A stretch of 64,000 nt of DNA from contig DASZHV010000002.1 of the NCBI GenBank assembly GCA_035937535.1, positions 31,639-95,638 on the forward strand, read 5' to 3'. Numbering within the stretch: position 1 is the first letter of the stretch; every line of letters begins with the position of its first letter. The position numbers and the translations under genes were made by a program. The stretch comes from Puia sp. (GTDB taxonomy: Bacteria > Bacteroidota > Bacteroidia > Chitinophagales > Chitinophagaceae). The notes below the pieces were generated by a model. That model worked only from the letters and a program-made list of their open reading frames with translations. It was not told the DNA's origin and made no database searches. Shown here piece by piece: positions 38,285 to 48,257 of the stretch.

Positions 38285-39394
38285 CTAATTACCTATATGA
38301 ACATCCACATTAACATTCATACCTGCCTTCAAACGATTCAATAAAGAATCCTGCTTATTCGTAAATTCTATTTTAATAGGAAGGCGTTGTACAACTTTTA
38401 CAAAATTACCACTGGCATTGTCCGGTGGAAGCAGGGCAAATGTAGCGCCTGTCGCAGGTGAAAAGGATGAAACAGTTCCATCAAATTTATGACCCGGGAT
38501 GGCGTCCACTTCGATAACAACAGGTTGTCCGATCCTGATTTTACTATATTGCGTTTCTTTAAAATTGGCGACGATCCATAAACTCTGGTCGAGTACAATA
38601 CTGAAGGTTGACTGTCCGGCAGTTAAATACTGCCCTACCTGGACATTTACCTTTGAAACAAGTCCGCTAGCCGGTGCAGTCAGAACCGTATATGATAAAT
38701 TCAATTTAGCATCGTCCACATCAACCTGTCTTTGTCTGCCAGTTGCAGCTGCAATACTTATTTGGGAAGAAGTGGCCTGGCTCTGAATGCTTACTGCATT
38801 GGTTGCGCTATTAGCTTGTTTTCTTTGTTGCTGAAGTATCAGTAATTGTTTCTCCGCTGATTCTTTTGCAGCCAGTTTGTCTTCATATTGCTGTTGAGTA
38901 ACAGAATGATCTTTGATCAGGTTCGCATAACGATCAAATTCCTGCGTACTCTGCCATACATCCACTTTTGCTTTTTCAATCTGTCCATCAATTGCAAGTG
39001 CAGCAAATTCACTGGTTCCGATATTTGAATGCGCAGCAGCTGAGGCAGCTTTGGCAGATAAAAAATTACTCTGGGCTGTTGCCAGAGCAGCTTCAGCCTG
39101 TTCAAGCTTAATGCGCTGATCACGATCATCCAGAATCAGCAGGGTGTCTCCCTTTTTAACCATCTGATTATCAGATACGCGCACTTCTTTAACAAATCCT
39201 GAAATCCGGGGAATAATAGGACTGATATTCGCAGCTATTTGTGCATCATCTGTTTCAGCATGTAATTGGGCATGATGCCACTTTGAAATTCCAAACCAGC
39301 TTCCTGCAACGACCAGGGCTATGAGAATTACCAGAAATATTTTACTTCTTTTGGGGGCTTGCGCCTGTCCGTTATTTTCTTTTGCTGTTGCCAT
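38285..39394 (-). CDS. HlyD/EmrA membrane fusion protein
   Basis: ETDDAQI, ANFKETQ, LLPPDNASGNFVKVVQRLPIKI. Confidence 0.95.
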   Translation of the reverse strand: MATAKENNGQAQAPKRSKIFLVILIALVVAGSWFGISKWHHAQLHAETDDAQIAANISPIIPRISGFVKEVRVSDNQMVKKGDTLLILDDRDQRIKLEQAEAALATAQSNFLSAKAASAAAHSNIGTSEFAALAIDGQIEKAKVDVWQSTQEFDRYANLIKDHSVTQQQYEDKLAAKESAEKQLLILQQQRKQANSATNAVSIQSQATSSQISIAAATGRQRQVDVDDAKLNLSYTVLTAPASGLVSKVNVQVGQYLTAGQSTFSIVLDQSLWIVANFKETQYSKIRIGQPVVIEVDAIPGHKFDGTVSSFSPATGATFALLPPDNASGNFVKVVQRLPIKIEFTNKQDSLLNRLKAGMNVNVDVHIGN

Positions 39395-39417
39395 AAATCT
39401 TAATAATTTTTGGTTGA

Positions 39418-40758
39418 TTATTTTATATTTCTTGTTGTTGCCAATACGCCAGCTCTTTCCAATAAGGTATTAAATGCTACTATGGCATCCGCCTTTGCGA
39501 GTTCAAGGCTGATCTGGCTTTGAAGCATGAGTGCGTTTGCATCCAGCAAATCGGTTACTGTAAGGAGGCTGTTTTCATATTTGTTTTTTACAATCTTATA
39601 GTTTTCTATTCCCTGCTCAATAGCCACCTGGCTTACCTGGATTTTTTTATTAGCTGTTAATAAATCCTCATATGCCTGGTTTACCTGATTTCTTACCTGA
39701 TCATAAAGTTCTTCTTCATTTGCCTGCACTTCGGCAAGTTTTGCTTTGGCCCCGGTTACATGTGCATTTGTTTTCCAAAGGGATGAAACATTATAAGAAA
39801 GGCCGACTCCAAAAGTGACGGCATTGGTAATTGTAATAAAGCTGGGAATATCCGCTACGATGTATCCGCCGGTTAATGCAAGAGATGGATAATAGTCCGC
39901 TTTCGCTGTTTGAATACCAACTTCTGAAGCTTTTTTCCTGTAAGCAATTGCCTGCATGTCCTTACGATTTTGAAGAGCTAGTTGTTCATATTCCTGTATA
40001 CTTTTTATATCACCAGGTTCCACGAGACTGGTTGAATCGGGAATAATAACTGTTTCTTCCGACAAGCCAAGCATAATATTCATATTAACCATGGCCAGTT
40101 TCAGATTGTTCTCCACGTCTGCCATGGTCAGTTCAATATTTGCAGTCTGTAATAAAGCTTTAAGTTTATCATTGCGGGCAAGCAGACCATTTTTTTCAAG
40201 ATTTGCAAAATCTGCGTCACGGGATCTTGACTGTGCCAGGTTTTCCTGGATGACCCTTAGGTTAGCTCTCGCTTTGTACAGGTTGGTGAACGCATTAATA
40301 GTATTCATGATAACCGCTTCCCTATCCTGATCAGCATCTAAAACAGTTGCTTTCTCAAGAAATTCAGAAGAACGGATTCCATATTGGATTTTAAATCCTG
40401 AAAAGACAGGTAGACTCAGGTTCGCACTACCATAAGCTGCCTGGTTTACATTAATTGGTGCGGCTGCCGAGCCTCCGCTGTTGGATTTATACTGCAGGTT
40501 GATATTTGGTTGCGTGAGACGCAGGTAGGAACCGCTGACTTTAAAATCAGGCAGCTGGTTCTGTTTTGAAACCATTGTATTAGCAGTAGCCTGATCTATC
40601 CGTGCATGGGCTGCACGAAGTGGTTTACTGTTTTTAATACTCAGATCTATGGCTTCATCCAAAGATATTTTGCGCCCGCCATCCTGTGTATATCCTGAAA
40701 CGGATAATAGCAAGAGAGAAAGAAAAGGCAAAGAGGTGAAAATGCTTCTAAGATTCAT
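39418..40758 (-). CDS. TolC-family outer membrane efflux protein
   Basis: Signal peptide; two OEP repeats (LSLPVFSG; KYENSLLTVTDLLDA). Confidence 0.93.
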   Translation of the reverse strand: MNLRSIFTSLPFLSLLLLSVSGYTQDGGRKISLDEAIDLSIKNSKPLRAAHARIDQATANTMVSKQNQLPDFKVSGSYLRLTQPNINLQYKSNSGGSAAAPINVNQAAYGSANLSLPVFSGFKIQYGIRSSEFLEKATVLDADQDREAVIMNTINAFTNLYKARANLRVIQENLAQSRSRDADFANLEKNGLLARNDKLKALLQTANIELTMADVENNLKLAMVNMNIMLGLSEETVIIPDSTSLVEPGDIKSIQEYEQLALQNRKDMQAIAYRKKASEVGIQTAKADYYPSLALTGGYIVADIPSFITITNAVTFGVGLSYNVSSLWKTNAHVTGAKAKLAEVQANEEELYDQVRNQVNQAYEDLLTANKKIQVSQVAIEQGIENYKIVKNKYENSLLTVTDLLDANALMLQSQISLELAKADAIVAFNTLLERAGVLATTRNIK

Positions 40759-41383
40759 GTGTTAGTATTGCTTTGTAAATAGTTCTAAGGTGTACAGATA
40801 ATTTTTTTTTAATTATGCGCTCAAAATCTTCATCTTTGAGCGTTTCCATATGGTGATATTTTTTATAAAATTCCAGATTGATCAGCATATACGAAACTGT
40901 ACCGACCAGGGTATTCGTTAACATTGGGATGTCAATATTTTTCTTAAACAGGCCTTTTTTCTGACCGAGGCGGATAAGTTCATTAATGTTTTCAGAATTC
41001 CTTGTTTTCATCTTCTCCACCATCTGAATTATGGAAGGATTCTGGTTGATTATTTGTTCACATAATAGAATCCGGTGAAAAGCTTTACGCTTTAAAAAAT
41101 TGTCTATATATATATCTACCAGGCCATACATTTTCTGAAAGGGATCCAGACTATCGTCTTTTAATAACTTTTCTACATTTTCCAGAAGGTTCAGGCTTTT
41201 CCTTTCAAAAATCTCCTCCATTAGTTTTTCTTTTGAACCAAAATAGTAAGAGATCATAGCCGTATTTATACCGGCTGCTTCGGCAATATCCCGGACAGAA
41301 GTCCCATCAAAACCTTTCTGGGAAAATAACAGCTCCGCACTATCCAGTAATTGGGTCTGTTTTATTGACAAGGATGGTTTCAT
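40748..41383 (-). CDS. TetR/AcrR transcriptional regulator
   Basis: LFSQKGFDGTSVRDIAEAAGINTAMISYYFGSKE helix-turn-helix. Confidence 0.96.
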   Translation of the reverse strand: MKPSLSIKQTQLLDSAELLFSQKGFDGTSVRDIAEAAGINTAMISYYFGSKEKLMEEIFERKSLNLLENVEKLLKDDSLDPFQKMYGLVDIYIDNFLKRKAFHRILLCEQIINQNPSIIQMVEKMKTRNSENINELIRLGQKKGLFKKNIDIPMLTNTLVGTVSYMLINLEFYKKYHHMETLKDEDFERIIKKKLSVHLRTIYKAILTHES

Positions 41384-41387
41384 GCCG

Positions 41388-41414
41388 CAAAGTTAATTAA
41401 ACGTTTGTTTAATT
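41388..41414 (-). promoter_or_regulatory. -7 box (TAACTTTG) with adjoining palindromic TetR operator
   Basis: AATTAAAC-GTTT-GTTTAATT at 41395-41414; the -7 box ends 4 nt before the ATG. Confidence 0.7.
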
Positions 41415-41519
41415 TTATCAATAACTGAAATATTTTTTTGAGTAATTCAGAACCACTTGTCATAATCCACACTTAATCAATTGATTTATTGCTATTTTCA
41501 CGACTATTAAAAAAATGAT

Positions 41520-43541
41520 ATGAAACTGTTATTATCTGGTTTATTTATAATTGCATTGATATTTTCTTCCTGTCATCAGGCTGTTGATTCAAATATGTCC
41601 TCTAATCAGTCCGATCCTCTGGATATTGCTTCACAGGATAGTTCTGTTAAACCGCAATCCAATTTTTTTTTATTTGCAAATGGTACCTGGTTGAAAACTA
41701 CCGAAATCCCTCCTTCTCAATCATCCTGGGGTGCGTTTTCAACTTTGCTTGATAGCTCCCTTAATCGATTAAACCGTATTCTGGATTCACTGGCCGGTAT
41801 TTCAAATGCACCAAAGGGCTCTATAGCCCAGCAGACCGGCGACCTATATATAAGTGCTATGGATTCCACCGGAATTGAGAAAAAAGGGTATCTGCCGGTT
41901 AAACCAGAGCTGGATAGTATTTCTGCTATTAAAAGCAAGGCGGGGCTCTATCATGAAATTGCAAAAGAATACGCAATTAACCACGCTCCTTTCTTTTCAT
42001 TTTATGTAAGTGCGGATGACAGAAACAGCCTCATTAATGTCGCTCATTTCGACCAGGGCGGACTTGGTTTACCAAGCAGGGATTATTATTTTAAAACTGA
42101 TTCTTCCACCAAAAAAATCAGGGATGCTTATATCGCTTTTATAACAAAAACATTTTCATTGCTTGGCCAGTCACCTACGGATGCAGCCAAAACAGCCAAA
42201 TCCGTTTTTGACCTGGAAACATCGATGGCTAAAGTTTCCAAAACACCCGTTGATCTGAGGGACCCGATTAAGAATTATCACAAAATAAATGTTGGTTCCA
42301 ATCCGGATCTGAAGAAACTGGTGATCGTTTTTGGCGTTTCTGCCGACACGATACTTGTTGGACAGCCTGAATTTTATAAAGGATTAGGCAACCTGTTGAA
42401 TAATACACCGCTCGAAACAATAAAAAACTATCTGTGCTTTCATGTGATGGACGATGACGCAGATTATTTGTCACATGATTTTGTTGACGCAAAATTTGCG
42501 TATAACAAATTACTAACGGGTCAGACGCAAATGAAAGAAAGATGGAAGCGAATGACAACCCTGGTTGACAGACAACTGGGAGATAACCTTGGACAGATCT
42601 ATGTTCAGAAATATTTTACGGCAGCTGACAAGGAAAGAATCAACCAGCTCATAGATAATATTATTGCCACATATGCCGAAAGAATTCAGCAACTGGATTG
42701 GATGAGTGATTCTACCAAGCAGAAAGCAATTATTAAGCTACATGCAATTGTTAAAAAAATTGGATATCCAGATAAGTGGAAAGATTATTCTTCCATAGAT
42801 ATTACAAAGGACAATATCATTTCCAATCTTCGGGGTACTTCCCATTTTGAATATAACAGGTCCATCGCGAAAATAGGAAAGCCTGTCGACCGTTCCGAAT
42901 GGCAGATGACACCTCCCACAATTAATGCATATTATGATCCTACACAGAATAACATAAATTTCCCTGCAGGCATTTTACAACCGCCCTTTTATTTTTCTTC
43001 CGGAGATGACGCCGTAAATTACGGAGGCATTGGTCTGGTGATCGGACATGAGATCACTCATGGATTTGACGACCAGGGCCGTCAATATGATGCTGATGGA
43101 AATCTGAAAGACTGGTGGTCGGCAGAAGATGCAAAGAGATTCAAACTACGCGCTCAAAATATCATCAACCAGTACAATGGCTATATCACGGCAGATACTT
43201 TTCATCTGAATGGTGAACTGACAGAAGGTGAAAATATTGCTGACAACGGCGGTCTCGCCATTGCATATGCTGCATTCAAAAAAACAGTACAGGGTAAGGG
43301 AAATGAGAAAATTGACGGATTCACATCCGATCAGCGCTTTTTCCTTTCACATGCCCAGGTCTGGAAAATAAAAACGAGGAAAGAAAGGCTTATCACGATG
43401 GCACTTACAAATCCGCATTCATCACCGATGTGGCGTGTAAACGGTCCGGTTTCAAATATGCCTGCATTTTATGAAGCTTTTCAAGTTCATCCCTCTGATC
43501 CCATGTATAGGCCAGATAGTTTACGTGTGAAAATCTGGTAA
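41520..43541 (+). CDS. M13 metallopeptidase (neprilysin/PepO-like) lipoprotein
   Basis: Lipobox FSSC; INAYY, NFPAGILQ, GHEITHGFD, GENIAD, PHS. Confidence 0.96.
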   Translation: MKLLLSGLFIIALIFSSCHQAVDSNMSSNQSDPLDIASQDSSVKPQSNFFLFANGTWLKTTEIPPSQSSWGAFSTLLDSSLNRLNRILDSLAGISNAPKGSIAQQTGDLYISAMDSTGIEKKGYLPVKPELDSISAIKSKAGLYHEIAKEYAINHAPFFSFYVSADDRNSLINVAHFDQGGLGLPSRDYYFKTDSSTKKIRDAYIAFITKTFSLLGQSPTDAAKTAKSVFDLETSMAKVSKTPVDLRDPIKNYHKINVGSNPDLKKLVIVFGVSADTILVGQPEFYKGLGNLLNNTPLETIKNYLCFHVMDDDADYLSHDFVDAKFAYNKLLTGQTQMKERWKRMTTLVDRQLGDNLGQIYVQKYFTAADKERINQLIDNIIATYAERIQQLDWMSDSTKQKAIIKLHAIVKKIGYPDKWKDYSSIDITKDNIISNLRGTSHFEYNRSIAKIGKPVDRSEWQMTPPTINAYYDPTQNNINFPAGILQPPFYFSSGDDAVNYGGIGLVIGHEITHGFDDQGRQYDADGNLKDWWSAEDAKRFKLRAQNIINQYNGYITADTFHLNGELTEGENIADNGGLAIAYAAFKKTVQGKGNEKIDGFTSDQRFFLSHAQVWKIKTRKERLITMALTNPHSSPMWRVNGPVSNMPAFYEAFQVHPSDPMYRPDSLRVKIW

Positions 43542-43584
43542 CATTATGGTCATATAAAGAGGTTGGTCATCATACTAAAAATCA

Positions 43585-43615
43585 GTTAAAACCCTTGTCA
43601 GACAAGGGTTTTAAC
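43585..43615. terminator. 31-bp near-perfect palindrome (terminator or protein-binding site)
   Basis: GTTAAAACCCTTGTC-A-GACAAGGGTTTTAAC. Confidence 0.55.
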
Positions 43616-43845
43616 ATTTCATTCAGTGGGTCGCCATGATAAAAAGTGACCCATATTGGATTTCCATCTCATGAAAACCTGACTATATTTGTTCTGGAAT
43701 TAAAAATAAAAATTTCCATCCGGATCGATTCCAAGGTTGCTTTCCCGCGCATTGCACCACACCAAAATTCTCTGCCATTACCCCTGATGATTCTTGCCGT
43801 TAAGATTTTTGTCAAATTTTTTTTTCACTATTAAATCGTCACATT

Positions 43846-44268
43846 ATGAAACCAGTATTCGCAAACTTTAATCTTAGGAAATCAGCCTCCGTCCTGGCAG
43901 CCGCAGCGTTATTAACGCTTGGTTCTGCAAAATTGCAGGCAGCACCGATCATTGAAAAAATAATTAATCCAGCCGACAAGCAGGTAACTGTCAAATTTGT
44001 CGGAGCCACTGAAAACAATCTGGTATTCCACCTGGAATTTGATAACAAATCAGGTGAAAAGTTTTATCTCATTATTAAAAATGATGCAGGTGAAATCGTT
44101 TATCAGAATGCCTACAATGACGTGCATTTTGAAAAGAATATCCGTTTACCAAAAGAAGATACAGAAATACGTCCAACATTTATAATCCGTACAGCTAATG
44201 AACAGATTGAAAAGAAATTTTCAATCGACCGTAAAGTATCGGAAGACTTTGTAGTAACTTCTTTGTAA
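43846..44268 (+). CDS. Secreted hypothetical beta-sandwich protein
   Basis: Signal peptide ending LQA; FYLIIKNDAGEIVY; own terminator. Confidence 0.8.
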   Translation: MKPVFANFNLRKSASVLAAAALLTLGSAKLQAAPIIEKIINPADKQVTVKFVGATENNLVFHLEFDNKSGEKFYLIIKNDAGEIVYQNAYNDVHFEKNIRLPKEDTEIRPTFIIRTANEQIEKKFSIDRKVSEDFVVTSL

Positions 44269-44281
44269 GATATTTCTTTTC

Positions 44282-44317
44282 AATAAAAAAGCCCTGCTGT
44301 TGCGGGGCTTTTTTATT
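44282..44317. terminator. Bidirectional intrinsic terminator
   Basis: AATAAAAAAGCCC...GGGCTTTTTTATT. Confidence 0.9.
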
Positions 44318-44454
44318 GGGTTATGGCTTATGGGTTTTGTGGGTTATGAGCTATGGGTTATGGATTAGTTTAAATATGTAATTATAATTTCATCCAGCAA
44401 ACACCGTAATCCATAACCCATATCCCATATCCCATAACCCATAATCCATAATCC
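44318..44454. repeat. Inverted pair of 7-bp tandem arrays (GGGTTAT)x7 / (ATAACCC)x7, degenerate
   Basis: 44318-44368 and 44406-44454, between convergent genes. Confidence 0.9.
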
Positions 44455-44456
44455 GG

Positions 44457-45752
44457 TCAATTATCAACATCTTTAATTGAAGGACGAATATCCGCAGGAT
44501 CCCGGTGTTCATATTTCAAATGAAAATTCTTTAAATCCGGTTTGAATCTTCTTTCCCGATGCAGATCATATTGATAAATATCCTGTCCTATCCGATATAA
44601 AAATGGTAGTGCGACACTGTCATATTCGTATTTGTTATCGTTCAGTATGCCATCTTCATTTGCATACACTGTTGCAGATAGCATAAACTCAATATGATTT
44701 TTAAAATCCACGATATAAGCAACATCAGTTAAAAACCCATATGCCCATCCGACTTTATTAAATACACGGATGTTGCCGGGAATCTGGCGCCCTCCCTTCT
44801 GAAAATAAAATTTTACATAACTATCATAAAACTCCGACGTATCATATTTAGGAAAAGGTGTTTCGGATGGGTATTGCGAAAGATACCGGTATAAGAACAA
44901 ATAATCGGCCGGTTTGAGCGCAAAACGTTTTGATTCCTGAACAGATAAAGGGAAAAGGGCTGTTTGCAGGATTTGCTGCAAGTCCTCCAGTGGAATTCTG
45001 TTATGACGTGTGAAATCCATGGGCTCCTGAATGAGACTGTCGCTTGTATTCAGATATGCTTTGCCGATTTTTACATCTGGTGAAAATTGAAAAGAGTCCT
45101 TATTATATGCAGGCGGTAGGAGATAAATTAAATTACCCTTAGCATCAAAGAATCGAATCTGATTTGTATGTCGGTTTTCTGATTCGGTCAATGGCATGAA
45201 CTGGCGCACAATCCTGGTATCAGGAAATCCCATTGAATGTAATCGCCTGTTCAGTTCCTTCTGCCCTACAAATTCATACATGCGGTTATAAGCATCATTA
45301 TCACTTATCAGAAAAGCTTTGCGGATAAATTGAGCAATTGATGGATATCCCGTTTCTGAACTACTGTCGCTATTTAATTCTTTTTGTCCGGAATAACTAC
45401 TATCGTATTCCATCCTTGTGAATTTGTCAATGCCTTGTTTATGCAGGCGGTTCAGTTTCTCAAGCACAAGAAGGGCTAGCGGAAGTTTAACTGTGGAAGC
45501 CGGATAAAAATAAAAGTCCCTTCCTACATGAAAATAATAATTCCTAAACCTTGGCCTGTTACCGGCATCACGGTCAATCTGTGTATAAATAATCTGTATC
45601 CGATAATTATCCGGATGTTGAATCAGTTTCTGTAAAATGGAATCCTGGTCCGATAAGAGAATTTTTTCCAAAAAGGGATCCGTCTTAAACTGGCTTTTAA
45701 CCAAACAGGAAAGTGTAAGCATCCAAATCAGATGAAGAATAAAAAATTTCAT
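44457..45752 (-). CDS. Serine hydrolase, class A beta-lactamase-like fold
   Basis: YPASTVK (SxxK), ISDNDAYN (SDN), NKVG (KTG-like). ATG 45752 preferred over TTG 45776. Confidence 0.85.
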   Translation of the reverse strand: MKFFILHLIWMLTLSCLVKSQFKTDPFLEKILLSDQDSILQKLIQHPDNYRIQIIYTQIDRDAGNRPRFRNYYFHVGRDFYFYPASTVKLPLALLVLEKLNRLHKQGIDKFTRMEYDSSYSGQKELNSDSSSETGYPSIAQFIRKAFLISDNDAYNRMYEFVGQKELNRRLHSMGFPDTRIVRQFMPLTESENRHTNQIRFFDAKGNLIYLLPPAYNKDSFQFSPDVKIGKAYLNTSDSLIQEPMDFTRHNRIPLEDLQQILQTALFPLSVQESKRFALKPADYLFLYRYLSQYPSETPFPKYDTSEFYDSYVKFYFQKGGRQIPGNIRVFNKVGWAYGFLTDVAYIVDFKNHIEFMLSATVYANEDGILNDNKYEYDSVALPFLYRIGQDIYQYDLHRERRFKPDLKNFHLKYEHRDPADIRPSIKDVDN

Positions 45753-45842
45753 GCAAACGAAAATACTAAAGTTCAAATTGACCCTAAATCTGATTTAAGT
45801 GGATATTCAATTTCACTCATTATATCCATAAGGAAACATACA

Positions 45843-45899
45843 ATTAACCCTGACTTAACCAACACTTAACAGGGTTACCGATTTGCATTTATACTTTTG
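45843..45899 (+). promoter_or_regulatory. Three (A/C)TTAAC direct repeats at 11-bp period plus -7 box TACTTTTG
   Basis: ATTAAC 45843, CTTAAC 45854, CTTAAC 45865; -7 box 45892-45899. Confidence 0.65.
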
Positions 45900-45922
45900 T
45901 ATGGTACCGAAATAACCTTATC

Positions 45923-46588
45923 ATGAAAAACCTTTCCAGGGTTTTAAGCCGCAACCCTGCGTACTTTTCCGGTTATCTCCTTTTTGTTATTGTTCTAACA
46001 AGCTACTGTCTGTCCATCAATAAGCCGGATGGCTTCATGCTCATAAACAGATTTCATTTCAAAATGCTGGACTATTTTTTTATCCTGTTTACTAACCTTG
46101 GTAATGGGTTATTTGTGATTGGGCTGATGGTTTTTTTGTTTATCCGTAAAAAAATCGGCTGGACATTGCAAATAGGAATCTGTTTCCTGGTTTCGGGTCT
46201 GCTGGTACAGGTTCTAAAACACCTGATTCACAGCCCAAGGCCAAAATTGTATTTCGGACCCGGTGCAATCCATTGTATTCAGGGAATTACAGGAACCGGT
46301 TCAGGCAGTTTCCCCTCCGGACATACCGCAACAATTTTTGCTCTTACTACCCTTTTGTGTTTATACTTTCCAGATAGAAAATCTGGCACATTATTTATCC
46401 TGATTGCCGCTCTGACAGGTTTTTCCAGGATCTATCTCTCGCAACATTTTCCGATAGACGTACTGGCTGGTTCCTTTATAGGAGTTCTGGTTTCGGTGGT
46501 CGTATTCTTGCTCATTCCTATGAAATTTTTTGAAAAACGATTCCCGAATTCCAAATGGGAGCATCAATCGATTAAATTGCGCCATTAA
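45923..46588 (+). CDS. PAP2-family phosphatase
   Basis: KHLIHSPRP, SFPSGHT, SRIYLSQHFPID. Confidence 0.93.
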   Translation: MKNLSRVLSRNPAYFSGYLLFVIVLTSYCLSINKPDGFMLINRFHFKMLDYFFILFTNLGNGLFVIGLMVFLFIRKKIGWTLQIGICFLVSGLLVQVLKHLIHSPRPKLYFGPGAIHCIQGITGTGSGSFPSGHTATIFALTTLLCLYFPDRKSGTLFILIAALTGFSRIYLSQHFPIDVLAGSFIGVLVSVVVFLLIPMKFFEKRFPNSKWEHQSIKLRH

Positions 46589-46594
46589 CATGTC

Positions 46595-48151
46595 TTGAAT
46601 TTCAATAAAAAAATCTGGTTACTCATCGTATTTAGTTCCCTGCTCCGCATGCTTGTCGCATATTCACTGGAGCTGGGAAATGATGAAGTTTATTATCAAA
46701 CCTACGCCCAGCACCTGCAATGGAATTATTTCGATCATCCGCCCATGGTGGCCCTGCTTATACGCTTATCTACTATAAATCTGTTTTTCCACAATGAATT
46801 CTTTATCCGGCTTGGTTCCATCCTTTGTGCCGCTGCCGGTACCTGGATGATTTTTATTATTGGCAGTCAAATTAGAAATGCCAGAACTGGATGGATATCA
46901 GCTATTCTATATAGTACCTCATTTTATACATCTGTCATTGCCGGCACATTCATATTGCCTGATTCTCCACAGGTACTCTTCTGGTTGCTTAGTATATATT
47001 TCATGGTACGAATACTTGAAAGTAAGCCTCCGGATAAATACCTGGCCGGCCATTTTATTCTTCTGGGCATTAGTGTGGGTGCTTGTATCATGAGTAAAGT
47101 GCATGGAGTTTTTCTATGGCTGGGTTTTGGAGGATATATAATTTTTCATCGCAGGGATCTTTTGAAGTCACCCATGCTTTGGATTTCCGGAGCTATCAGC
47201 CTGCTGATCATATATCCCCTATATCAATGGAATCTCGAAAATCATTTCATAACATACAATTATCATCAGGGAAGGATTAGTTTTTGGGGAATTAAACCGG
47301 ACATGGATCACTTGCTGCAACAGGTTTTAGGTTCAGTTTTTTACAATAATCCGGTAAATTTTATACTCTACATCCTAACACTGGTCGCCATCGCTAAAGG
47401 GAAAATTAAAAGACTTCCGAAAGAATACACATTGTTTCTCTGGCTTAGTCTCCCTTTAATTACAGTGCTGTTATGGACCTCCCTTTTTAACGAAACCCTG
47501 CCTCACTGGTCGGGACCTGCCTATTTGTCTCTTATGTTGCTGGCGGCTTGCTGGCTGGATGAACAATCAAATATCCGGGTTAATGCTAGATGGCTTAAAC
47601 CTGCCGTATGGGTTTATATTGGGGTCGTGCTACTGGGAGTGCTCAGCATACGGTTATTGCCGTTCCGTATCGGGAGTAGCCAGGTCAAAATAATGGGTAA
47701 AGGAGATATAAGTCTGGACATGAATGGCTGGCACCAATTCGCTTTACGATTCGATTCAGTGTATCAGGCAGATATAGCTTTTGGAAGAATGAAAAGCAAC
47801 GCTATCATTGTTTCCGATTACTGGTTTCCAGCCGCACATTTGGATCATTATTATGGAATGCCCTTTCACCACAACCTCCTGGCTTTTGGACCGATTCGGG
47901 ATATTCATCATTTTGCATGGCTCAATCAGCGGCGGCCAAGATTAGCCAGGGGCTCGGATGCTTATTTTATTTATGCAACCAATTATTACGGACCGCCACG
48001 CGCTGCCATTAAAAATGATTTTGAAAGGGTAGATGATTCACTGCTTATCCCGCAATGGAGGAATGGAAAGCCGGTACGGTATTTCGTAGTTTACAGGATG
48101 CACAATTTCAGGGGAGACAGCCTGGATTATCTGATTCCGGGAATCCACTAA
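46595..48151 (+). CDS. GT-C glycosyltransferase (ArnT/PMT-like, GT39/83)
   Basis: NDEVYY...YFDHPPMVA; PDSPQ; multiple TM; TTG start. Confidence 0.88.
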   Translation: MNFNKKIWLLIVFSSLLRMLVAYSLELGNDEVYYQTYAQHLQWNYFDHPPMVALLIRLSTINLFFHNEFFIRLGSILCAAAGTWMIFIIGSQIRNARTGWISAILYSTSFYTSVIAGTFILPDSPQVLFWLLSIYFMVRILESKPPDKYLAGHFILLGISVGACIMSKVHGVFLWLGFGGYIIFHRRDLLKSPMLWISGAISLLIIYPLYQWNLENHFITYNYHQGRISFWGIKPDMDHLLQQVLGSVFYNNPVNFILYILTLVAIAKGKIKRLPKEYTLFLWLSLPLITVLLWTSLFNETLPHWSGPAYLSLMLLAACWLDEQSNIRVNARWLKPAVWVYIGVVLLGVLSIRLLPFRIGSSQVKIMGKGDISLDMNGWHQFALRFDSVYQADIAFGRMKSNAIIVSDYWFPAAHLDHYYGMPFHHNLLAFGPIRDIHHFAWLNQRRPRLARGSDAYFIYATNYYGPPRAAIKNDFERVDDSLLIPQWRNGKPVRYFVVYRMHNFRGDSLDYLIPGIH

Positions 48152-48232
48152 TATGCTCCCGTTATTTTACTATACGGAAATTTCCCCTATAGGATTTCAG
48201 AAAAAAAGCTCTTGGTTCCTGAAGGAATAAAC

Positions 48233-48240
48233 TAGATTTG
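48233..48240 (+). promoter_or_regulatory. -7 box for the RRM gene
   Basis: TAGATTTG, 17 nt before the ATG. Confidence 0.6.
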
Positions 48241-48257
48241 GGTCTTATTAGACCACC

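Noticed and set aside
43646-43834. 62-aa intergenic ORF
   Set aside because: Weak initiation context, no motif, and it spans the probable promoter region of the next gene.
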